A stretch of DNA of 64,000 nucleotides from NCBI GenBank assembly GCA_012295275.1, contig CM022670.1, positions 682,001-746,000 on the forward strand, given 5' to 3'. How positions within the stretch are numbered: position 1 is the first letter of the stretch; each line of letters starts with the position of its first letter. This DNA is from Chrysomallon squamiferum (Eukaryota; Animalia; Mollusca). A model generated the notes under the pieces. The model was not told the DNA's origin, searched no databases, and was given only the letters and a program-made list of their open reading frames with translations. Of this stretch, positions 40,713 through 51,800 are shown one piece after another. Made by a program: the position numbers and the translations under genes.

Positions 40713-41648
40713 TCATCATTCATCATCATATCACATGACTAGACAATGAAACAAAAGTACACTGGTAGCACTGCTCGGTTACACAACAATAATTTAGTCA
40801 TTGCAAAGTTATATTTACATATATACACTTTATACATACTTGATCCCATAGACTTTGTCTTGACTCTATGGATGTTTATACTAAAGAAGTCCATACATAC
40901 TTGATAATGACATACATTCCATGGACTGAAATAGTCTTCAATGCAAAAGAAGTATGTATGGATTTATATTGACATATCCTTTGGTCTTTTGTACTGAAGT
41001 AGTCCATGTGGACTTCTATTGCACACTTGGCTCTCTATGTTATACTTGTTATGTGTATGTAGTGTGCATGCTATGTTCTTGTCACATTAATAATTTTTTA
41101 CATATTTACAAGTGATTACAGATTTTGAATTTCTCTGTAAATCATGTCAAAAAATAAAAAATACCAGTTGCTGATATGTTTATATTTGGAAACATTGCAC
41201 AGCTAAAATATTAATGCTGAATATAAATGTTACTTCGACAAAAGGGAAAATAAGGGGAAAATAAACTGCAAATAATTCACAACCTAAAATGACTGAATTC
41301 TAAAAAACTACCAAATATTACTATACTATAATAAGAAAGACTGGTAACAGAAAAACATGGTAGTCTTTGATTCAGTGTTTTCAAAAATACTCAAAATATA
41401 AATTACTTGAACTGATTCTCTGAAAATTAAATCATCAGAATCAATTCTTTGTAAATTAACAAAAATGGCAGTAACATATTAGTCATTTGAATATATCTTT
41501 TCAAATACCTTAATTTATGGTAATTATTAAAAACAGTTCTCTAATAAAACATTTAAAAACATGGCTGAACTGATTCCAGTTATCACATTCAAACTTTAAC
41601 AATATTACAAAAAGTTCACAAAGACTGAATGTTCATTGTTAAAAATGT

Positions 41649-43628
41649 TCACAAGTTGGCCAGGGTTTTGATCTTGTCAGTGTGATCCTTCTTGAAATGA
41701 TGACTGAACTTCTTAAACTTCCTGACAATAGCTTTTTTGTCAAGAATTCTTGGCTCTCCAGTTTTTTGTCCGTTGTTGTTGAGTTCAAACAACTTTCTTC
41801 TCATCACTGGAATGCTGTGAGCAGATCCTGTAACTGAATGGAATGGTCTTGGAGTGGACGTTCGGACACTCGGACTACGACTTGAGTTTCTCTTGCTGCA
41901 CAGTTTGGAACGGGCAATCGGACTGTGAGGGATCTTGAAGATGGAGTCTGATGGTTTCACTGTAGCTGGTGTTGGCAGTGGTCCTCTATAGTCACAGCAG
42001 TCGTTGCTGGATGTTGATGGGATGCTGCTGCTGACTGTGGTGTAGCCACACTGAGAACTAATGCTTGTTGCATGAGGAGAGTTGTATGGAGCAAATATTC
42101 CACTGCTGTCTACACTCTTAGGACTGTCAGTGAGAATGGAATCAATGATTGATGAATCAACATCAGTGGTGAATCTTGAACACTCAGTTACGTTGGGTGC
42201 CACCATCATGGAAGTCAGTGTGGAGCTGCCAAAGTTTGTAACGTAAGTACTTCCCTCACTTGTGCTGGATTTTCCAGGCAGATCTGTACGCTCATGAAGA
42301 GGTGAAGAACTGTCAGAAGATGGTTGTCCATTCATATTTGGCATAGAAAATGATGAATCTGCAGCAGCAAAAAGATTAATTCTGGTACTAGTGCGAGGAA
42401 GTGTCTGTGCCTTGTAACCACAGTCAACATCAGTACACATGTTTCTAGTACAGTCATCTTTCACACACGTCGCTGGCTCAATGATGGAAACCAGACCAGT
42501 GAGGTGCATGGCTGAAGATTGCATCTGTTGTCTTTGACGATGACGCCTGGAAGAACATCTGGACACATTTTGCTTTCTGTTCTTGTGTTGATTCCTGTGT
42601 CGACTACGAAAGTAAGACTGCTCCAGATTGCCAGGTTCAGAGTTTTCATCAATAGACCAAGTGTAAACGCTCTCCCCTGAAGTGCTGCTGCTGGGCAGGT
42701 TAGATGTAGGTTGGTAAATGAGTGTAGACGACATGAGTGGGTGACTGCTTGTTCTTGATGATCTGGATGATGAAGTCTTGTTCTTGCTCTTTGACTGGTA
42801 ATAATTGCTGCTGCTGGATGAGGTAGTAGCTCCTCCACTGGAAGCAGAGCTGCTGGGGGCCTTGAAACTGGGCCTGACAGAAATACGCTGTACACAGTGA
42901 GGCTTGGACTCGGCTCCTTCCACCGTCCTCTCAGAAATATTACTACCACCAGGAAAAACACTAGGACGACATTTGCTAAGACAAAGATTCTTTGACTTGT
43001 TGAGCAATTCATTGATCTTTCTCTGTCTATCAATGGTAAAATCAGAATAATACTTAACACGAGAAATGAGTTCTTTCTCCAAGTCGAGATCAGGCACAAC
43101 TTGATTGTCTGAGAAATCCTCAGAGGAGGAGGGAGGGTAAGAATCCGATGAAGCACTGGAAGGAACACAGTTTTCAGAGGTGGTTGAGTCCAACTGGTTG
43201 GGAACCACTTTGATATTAGCCTCCTGAAGCACCTGGGACATATGGCTGTTGTTGTAGTTGCTGTTTCCAACTCCATTGCTAGGACTGCTGAGAGAGTTGT
43301 GCACTTCCACCTGATCTGCCACTGGGACTGAAGTGTCCAGTTCATTGCAGGTTTCTTCAGGACTAGGAGACAGGTCAGAGTCTGTGAGACCACTGGCACT
43401 GGCAAGAAGCTGCTCAATAAGGAAGTCAGCGTAGCTGTAGTGGAGGTTGCAGGTGCTGTGATCTGATGTTGATGTGGTCGGGCCATCTGCAGCTGTTGCC
43501 ATGGTCACGTGATGTGGAGTGAAAGTGAATTCATTTTCCAGACCGCAGTGCTGCAGCAGATTCAAGAACTTGTTTTTAATGCTGACAATCTCTGTCTGTA
43601 GAGCTTGTTCTTGTTGTTTGATATTAAC
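41649..43628 (-). CDS. Uncharacterised Ser/Thr-rich, largely disordered protein; large terminal coding exon nested antisense in the MRPL28 intron
   Basis: 660 open codons (including stop) from the acceptor TTTTTCAG| at 43628 to TGA at 41649, with higher GC than the flanks. The first in-frame ATG is at 43502 in ACCATGG context (617 aa). No family recognised; the true N-terminus is uncertain. Confidence 0.85.
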   Translation of the reverse strand, partial: VNIKQQEQALQTEIVSIKNKFLNLLQHCGLENEFTFTPHHVTMATAADGPTTSTSDHSTCNLHYSYADFLIEQLLASASGLTDSDLSPSPEETCNELDTSVPVADQVEVHNSLSSPSNGVGNSNYNNSHMSQVLQEANIKVVPNQLDSTTSENCVPSSASSDSYPPSSSEDFSDNQVVPDLDLEKELISRVKYYSDFTIDRQRKINELLNKSKNLCLSKCRPSVFPGGSNISERTVEGAESKPHCVQRISVRPSFKAPSSSASSGGATTSSSSSNYYQSKSKNKTSSSRSSRTSSHPLMSSTLIYQPTSNLPSSSTSGESVYTWSIDENSEPGNLEQSYFRSRHRNQHKNRKQNVSRCSSRRHRQRQQMQSSAMHLTGLVSIIEPATCVKDDCTRNMCTDVDCGYKAQTLPRTSTRINLFAAADSSFSMPNMNGQPSSDSSSPLHERTDLPGKSSTSEGSTYVTNFGSSTLTSMMVAPNVTECSRFTTDVDSSIIDSILTDSPKSVDSSGIFAPYNSPHATSISSQCGYTTVSSSIPSTSSNDCCDYRGPLPTPATVKPSDSIFKIPHSPIARSKLCSKRNSSRSPSVRTSTPRPFHSVTGSAHSIPVMRRKLFELNNNGQKTGEPRILDKKAIVRKFKKFSHHFKKDHTDKIKTLANL

Positions 43629-43953
43629 CTGAAAAACACAACAAAAAATACATTAGTCACTGCCAAGTATAAAACAATAAAAATTAAATTAGAATGAATA
43701 AAAGCTACTACAAATAAATAAATAAATAAATAAAATACAGTAGACTGAAGAAGTAATTAAGACCAACCTATCTTGATTATAATTAATAACTGAATATATG
43801 TAATTAAATGGATGCAATATTGTATGAGCTTGGAGAATATAATTAACATTTCACTAGATAATGAAATTAGCTAATTAGAAAACCAATTAGAACATAAGCA
43901 GTTTCAGTATTCTATAAAAATAATGACAGCAAAAAAATAAAATTTGAAAAACA

Positions 43954-43990
<37 letters not shown>

Positions 43991-44147
43991 TTATCAACAG
44001 CCTAATACATTTGAAATCCAAATATTATAATATCTTGAAACTATGTTCATCTTTGTATGAGAACCAGTGTGTGTATGATCACAAACTTTGATATAAACAA
44101 GTAACTTACAGTAAATAACTAAACTGCAATAAATAAGTAAACTGCAA

Positions 44148-44194
<47 letters not shown>

Positions 44195-46711
44195 ATGTCC
44201 AGCATCAGCAGAGTGAAAATAAACAGCTTGACTCAAAGTGAAAACAAAAACTACTGAAAGGCCTGGAGAAAGAAGCTCACCTTGGCAAACCTACACAGTG
44301 GCAGTTTAAAGATAGCCATATGAATCTACTAGTGGTGTGATACCACTGTTTACTTTTAAACAAATGAGACCACTATGTGTTACAAGGCAGTGTTATACCA
44401 AGATTTTGTTGTGACTGTCCCAGACATAGAGTCTGAGGCAGACAATTACTGCTGCCTGCCAGTAGCTTAATTTTCCCAGCCCCATTTTACACCAGGCTTT
44501 GTCTTCCACTCTCTCTATTGTTGTGTAATTAGAGGCTTTCTGTTTAAAACTAATTGTCACTGTTTATGACATAAAACATATGTTTGAGTTACAACTTGCA
44601 GTTTCTTGGTGATAAACTATAAATATTTAAATCCTGTAATATTATTTTATAATGGTCTTGTTGTTTTAATTTTTTTTTAATTTATTGTTGCTTGGAGACT
44701 GTAGTTACTTTTGACATGGACCTAATGTTTATTGTGATAATAAAACTTTTACAAATAAACAGTATTACAATACTTTAACACTTGCAAGTATTAACTATAT
44801 ATATATATATATATAGCTTAAATTTTTTCTTTTAAGCTTTCTGTATTTTTATACCTTCTAAAAATTCATTTTACAGGGTTTTTTTAGAAACTAACTATTG
44901 TTTAGAATTTATTTTTCAAAAGAAAGCCATTCTTTAAGCCAGTTAGCAGTTTGTTAGATGTAATGATACCCCTCTTTAGTTCCAGAAAGTTGACCTCATT
45001 TGTTATCTAATGTTAATGGGAAGTGGGGGATGTTAATTACATTTATAGCTGTTGTTGCTATGGTGATCTGACCATTCTGTACATGGGTAAATGGTGCAAC
45101 CTATAATGAAATCAATGGTGCTCAGCCCTGACCATTCAGGGCTACAGAGAGTCACAGGTGCCCCTAATATAAGTTGGTGGTCTGAACAAAATAATGGCCT
45201 AAAACACAAAGGATGAACAGAAAACACATCTTTGTTTGTGGAACAAAAGAATTAGAAATTATAAAAAAAATAAAAAAAATCCAGGGATGCTCATGAATTC
45301 TTTACCTGCTGTTGTTTTCCTTTAGGCATTTTTATGTTGTTAATACAGAAAAGAATTTGTTTGAATTTTATGATTATTTTTTTTTATTTATTAATATATA
45401 TTTTTTTGGCTTTAATTCACTCTTCTTTGGGCATTTTTTTATGTTGTTAATATAATATAGACAAAATTTTATTATTATTTTTAAAACAAATTTACATGTA
45501 GAAAATTAGTTATATTGCATTTCATTCAGCATGCATTTTTCTTTTGTCATATATACAATATTACAATACATTTGTTTTTTAATTATTTTTAAAACAGGAG
45601 AATTATTTCTGTTCACATTATTATTAATAATTACCTATTAAGAATATACTAGCTTAATGAATTCTACTTTCTTACATGAAATATATTAAGATAAATTATT
45701 TTTAAAAAGAAGTATTATTCAACACAATCATTTAGAAAATATAAAATATTGAAATATATCTGGTACAAAAATATTTATAGTGTTTATTGTTTTATAAAAT
45801 AAATTACAGAGGTAAAATCATAAGTAACTATTATTTGATCTTACTATAGTATCTGTTACAAAAGAAAATGATCGACTTTAATAACAAAATTAATTTACTA
45901 AATTAAATAACTCTGCCGAGGTAGTAACTAACTAAAAGTATCAAAAGATCTTATTCATTATAAGTAAACTCACCACATTAACGAATTTACTGCAGACCAC
46001 CATTTTCTGAACTAAGACAGAAGTTAAATCCACAACACTTGTCTTTGAAGTGACCAGACGGACTCAGGGTTACTACTACAACACCCATGGTCATCAGTTT
46101 TAAATTAAATTTCAGCAGACAGCAAGCCACAAGATTAAACAATTTTGATTTTCCAAAATGAATGAAAAAGCCAATCAGGGTATCTTGTATTCCAAACCCG
46201 AAACTCAGAAAAACACTGATGTCTTTTCAGACAGTACTCCAGCAAAAATTATTAAAGACTGCTTCACAGTTTGTGTAAAAAAAATTCTAAACAGTGCCAG
46301 ACCAATGATTTGGTTGTCTAGACCAGTGTCTCCTGCTGCATATGATAGCAAAACTGTGTGTAACATTGCTAGATGATGTGGCTTAGCTTGGCAGAGTCAT
46401 GCTCATCTTGACATCACTACATACTCTGAGGGCTGATTCCCTCCTGGCCTCACTGCACACTGCAACAGTACAAGAGGCCCAGTTTGGGTGTGGTTTTGTT
46501 TTTCTGCCAGTGATTGACATGTTCAGCAGACCTTATCAGATCAGTTTCACATGCAGACCATGTGCCAATAACCATATATTCTGATGTTGCTTGCATAATT
46601 TACAACCTTAGTTCAGACTTCTGCTTTTTCAATCAAGCATCAGCCATCTTGCTTTTGACTTTGTTTTTGTTTTTGGTGAATACTGAGTTTTTAAAGGCTA
46701 TTTTCTTAATT

Positions 46712-46764
46712 AATTAATTTCATGAAAGCACTGGTGAGAATTAATTTCATGAAAGCACTGGTGA
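46712..46764. repeat. Tandem duplication, 27-bp period
   Basis: AATTAATTTCATGAAAGCACTGGTGA occurs twice. Confidence 0.9.
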
Positions 46765-47531
46765 TTGTAGATGAAGAAATATAATACTGTACTATTAAAT
46801 TACTAAATAACAGAAAAGTTAATAAATTACAATTACAAAATGTATTTAAATTTTTCTTTTTTAAAATCCATCTTATACCATTTCAAACAAATGAACCCCA
46901 GATTACATATATTTTTTTTTTTATCTGAAGAAGAAGAGGAATATTGTTTCCTGCACAGATAATAAAAGAATGTGAACACCCGAAAAGGGCCTCTAATTAA
47001 GGTCCTGCCTGTTACATCATTTTAGTGGAGTGACCAGTTGTCTGATTGCCTGAGTTGTGACAATCTACAGTGGAGAAGGGTTAGCTTATTGTTTGCATCA
47101 GTATGTCTGCATGTCAGCCTGTCACAGGGGAGGGAGATTAACAGCAGGGGAGCAGGCCAGCTCCTGGGAACTTGGGTTATTGTTTTAACTTATTATTTCC
47201 TTGTTAGACCAGCTTCATTACACTATTTATATATGTGTTTTGAAATTTTGTATTTGTTTTATTTGAAAAAAAAAAAAAAAAAATAATAATAAATATATAA
47301 ATTTTATATGTTCTGTGATGGTTCTAATATATGATATTATATGCTAAAATAATATTATAATAAAAAAAAGTTTATGGTAATGAATTTTTTTTATTTCTTA
47401 GCATCTGTTCAGTGTTTTAATAATTCTAAAAAGTAAATTTTTAAAAATTATTTTTTTTATTATTTTTTTTATTTTATTATTCATTTTTTATTATTATTTT
47501 TTATATTATTTATTTTTATATATTTTATTTT

Positions 47532-47576
<45 letters not shown>

Positions 47577-48031
47577 AATATGTCTATAATGCACCTAATG
47601 TATTGGCATGGAAAAGGTGTAAAAGTATGTATATATGTATATGCACTAAGCATATTTCATGGTCAGATAGAAAACAAGTACAATACTTGTGTATTTGTAA
47701 TCAGTGTTGCAAACACATGTTCAAAACTGAACTTGAGAACATATGTTTGAAATAATTCTGTGTTCACAAGATAATTGTTTTAATGTTAGTGCCTCAGTGA
47801 ATATGAAAATGTGTCTGTCAGGGGGTGCAGGTATGTATTATAGATCAAAAGTGGCAGGCTAAAGACTTCAACTTTTGATTAATATATCACATGTCAGATG
47901 TCAGTCACTTCAACACTTGTGACTCAGTCTGTTTAATCAATTTGTGTGTTCTGAATGGAACAACTGATAATAGATATATTTTTGTATCTTACTGATTTAT
48001 TTGAAAATAATAATTATAATAGGTTTATATA

Positions 48032-48072
<41 letters not shown>

Positions 48073-48789
48073 GGTTAAAAAAAATAATAATAAAAATTTT
48101 GAAGTATTTTTTAAAATTATTATTATTATTGAATTCTATTAATTACTTCAATTTTGATTTCTTATATTTAAATTAAATTTAAAAAAAAATCCCACTGAAA
48201 ACTGAAGACTTAAAAGTTCAGGTTGTGTGCAATTGTGATATGAAGAGTTGTCTCCCATGTAACCTCATCTTTAACCAACTTTGTTATGACAAAATGTCTT
48301 TTCAGCTTGAGTTACCAGTGTAATATTTCAGTTAATAAGAAAAAACTTCTGGTTTTATATCTACTTTTAAAAGAAATATTTATATACTAATATCAGATGG
48401 TAAATGATATTTGTTAGAGACTGATCATACAGAAAGTTATTTTGTAATGTTAAATGTTCACATACCAAATAGTTATTGAATAGAATATTCAGAAATAAGT
48501 TAAAATAAGAACAGAATAAAAAATTATCGTAATAGACAGATAAATAAAATGTACATACCATATCTGTTTGAAGGACCATATACATTTCATTTGTAGACAT
48601 GTGATCATGAATACTGGCATCTGTTTCCATAGTACACTCAAGCCAATCTGGAAAAAACAAACACTGTTGTGAGACCACTATCTATATATATATATTACTC
48701 ATATAATTTATCATTAGACAAATTCATAAACACTATTTTGTTATAGTTTTTAAATATTTAAAACAAAAAAGTGTTTTATAAAACAATAC

Positions 48790-48864
48790 CTGAGATTACA
48801 TCTGTCATGTTTACAGCATCAGAATCGAATATGTTCACATTTCCTTCTCTTCCAGTCAGAGACT
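48790..48864 (-). other. Putative first (5'UTR) exon of the nested gene, 75 nt
   Basis: Starts at the Inr A(+1) 48864 and ends at the donor CAG|GTATTG; lies 5.2 kb upstream of the acceptor at 43628. Confidence 0.6.
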
Positions 48865-48894
48865 GAAGACAACTTTTCACTAACATTTTATATA
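48861..48894 (-). promoter_or_regulatory. TATA box plus Initiator core promoter of the nested gene
   Basis: TATATAAAA with first T at 48894 and TCAGTC Inr with +1 A at 48864, giving the canonical -30 spacing. Confidence 0.65.
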
Positions 48895-51800
48895 TCTAGC
48901 TTCTAAACCTGCACCAGGTGCTTCCTAAATTTCACTTGATGTGACATTTTTCACACAGATACTTTTAATCAAAACATCCACCCATTTACATCAGACAAAT
49001 CAACCACTGAGAAGTTAAGTTAAAAAGTTCTAAATTTGAGTTTAATGATAACTGAGGTGAGAAGTCAGGTGAGAGCAGGTGTATATGAGCTATCTGTGCA
49101 AACACTGCAGGTGTTAATAGCTGCACACACACACAGTCCCTACTTGAATTCCTCTAAATTGTTTTCACTGTACTTGAACCATTTCCCTCTTTTTCGTGTT
49201 TTTCTTTCATTGTTCTCTACTTACTGGTAACAATAGAAGTGAGCAAACAGGCAATGAAAACCTCATTGTGCTCCAATCAACATGTTTACACACAGATGTA
49301 AAATATCTCTGAGACAATGAGACAATTTAACAGGTGAGATTTTTCCAACTGATATTACCTACCTGAGGCCAGGTATAAAGATCTCTATCTATCCCCTGAT
49401 GGTCCCATGGCTATAACTCTGACCCAGATGTAACACCTAGAGATTTTATTTTGGACATTTTAGCTAACTTTGGTGAAGATTTTGGTGGATGCTCATAGAC
49501 TGTTGAGTTCAAGCCTGTGGGTGTGTGGTTAATATCCATTATGCTGCATCTACTTCACAAACTATCTCAGAGGATCAACTTAAGTTAAGCTTAAGTAGAA
49601 CTGTTTTTCCATTACTGACTTATTTATTAATAAAATTAGGTAATCTGGATTTAATGTAAACTGAAAACAAATGATGGAAAATCACTTTGGAAATTTTCTC
49701 ACTTATTCCTCCTTAAAATTATATCTTACTTTTTGTATTTTCTTTTTTCTTTAGTTACTATTATTATTATTATTTATTTTTTTTTTATTTTTTTTTGTTT
49801 CTCAGTTCATGCACAAAGGTATGGCCAGTGATGTTAGTAAATTAAATTAGAACTGTCAGCCAGTGGGTATCTACAACAACTCCAAAACAATTCATCTGTA
49901 TCAGATTTACCAAGCTGTCCTCTCTGTGGTATAATTATTAAATGGTTTCTACTGGCCACACTGGGAGGTCGTACATTATAAACTGTTTTCTGTGTTTCAT
50001 TCTCAGTCTGCCAGTAAAGTTCACACTTGGTCAGAGTTTTATCACCACACTGAACTTTCTGTCCCCTTAGATGTTATAACACACCTTATACAGAACAACA
50101 AACATTTCTTCTAAGATAAAAACTTGTGTACTGTGAATTGTTTGATGTTAAATTAATTTACACTTGAATGTTAAAATCTATTTTATATATATATATATAT
50201 ATTTAAATTTAAATTACTAAACTACATCGTAGTTGGTACTAGACTTCATGTCACAGATGCTGAAAGTTGTACTACAGTTCATTAAAGTTTCACACAAAAT
50301 TGACAGTGACATTATCTGATTCTGGTGCTGAATTATAGATGACATTTTCTAACAGTGGTGTTAGAATTGTACATGTTCTCTGACATTAACATTAAATTGA
50401 AGATGACACTTTTCAACAGTTGATACTAAATAGTATCAACTAGCTATGACCGATTCTATATTGCAGGTGATATTTGTTGAAATGTTTCTAAGAATTGTAT
50501 TTAATTTCATTCTTACTGTTTCAATATGACAAGCTTTAGCTTAATTTTAGGTACTAAACAGAAAATGTTATTTTTCTAATATTGATACTAAACTGCAAAC
50601 TCTAAAGTTGCAAACAACAAGGGCATGCTGTATGCTGTATGTACGTTTTGGTGCACAAACTGAATTGAAAATGATTAAACTGCACATTAAAGAAAACTCA
50701 CCCATGAATGAACTGTGAAATTCCGAATGCGAAGAAGATGTTTGTAAATTCCTAGTTAGCATGATGACCATAATCCAAACCAACAGTTACAAGAGTCAGT
50801 AGTAAACTGCAGAACTAGACATTTTGTCCTCACTTAAATACCTGACTTAGTGTCATTCAGCACTGAGAGAAACTCATCAACATGCTAATCTCTCCCTAGT
50901 AACCTGTAATCACTAAGGATGGGCATCTGCTGGATGAGGAATGGAAAGGTGTTTTGGGTGAGGTGTGAATGACTGTAATCATTAATGCATTGATAGAGGG
51001 TAACAGGCTGTCAGTGAGCTATTGTTGACACCTTGCTAATCAAGTGATGCTTAATTGGTTTAAATTTACAGTGAGAACACTTTAACAGTGTTGAATTGGT
51101 GCTTAATACTGTTGTTTTAACACCACAGAGTTTTGTAAATAAAGTAAAAATAATGGGTTTATGATTAAAAGCAATAAATTTATGAGTGAAAGGAATACAT
51201 TTATAAGTGAAAGTAATAAAATAATTAGTAAAGTAATAAATTTTCAAACATTATGAGATATTTACTAAAAATGAGTAACATCCTGATGGAAATGATTGTG
51301 TGTGTATGATAAAGTTTTATCATATTTTTATTACTTTTTGAATTGAAACAGAGAAGAGTAATCTAGAAAACAGGTGATGTTTTACATTAGAACTGGACAG
51401 ATTGAACTGATTATTTTAATTATCATAATTCAACATATTTCTTTCATAATCATTATTATATTTATTTTGTTATCATTTTATTATTATTATTTAAAAATAA
51501 TATGCACTTTAGTTCAGTCTTATCAAAATACAACAAAGTTTTTATCTTTAATTTATCCATTTTTAATGTAAATATAAAAATAATTCCTGTACTTTTCTGA
51601 ACAGTGTTATCTAGAGTTTTTGTAGCATTTAACAGATACTTACAGCTTAAAACTGATAGGTTTATACAGTATTACAGAGTTCTGCTAACAGGATATTCAG
51701 ATTTGTAATGTACACTTCCTTAGTTATAATCACAATTACATCATTGTGGAAGTAACAGGTTTAATATACTAACATCCTTCTTTGGGCTAGTTTGATTTTT

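Noticed and set aside
42819-42840. let-7 miRNA gene
   Set aside because: The match stops after 11 nt (CTCC instead of GTTG), no precursor hairpin is evident, and it lies antisense within a CDS.
41649-43502. Bearded-family assignment of the nested protein
   Set aside because: The regulatory motifs and a basic amphipathic helix are reminiscent, but the protein is far longer and lacks the NxANExL and DRW(V/A)QA motifs.
50418-50441. Perfect 11-bp palindrome AGTTGATACTA-AA-TAGTATCAACT (also AGCCCTGA/TCAGGGCT at 45125-45144)
   Set aside because: These are isolated short palindromes inside degenerate repeats, with no supporting context and too short for miRNA precursors.
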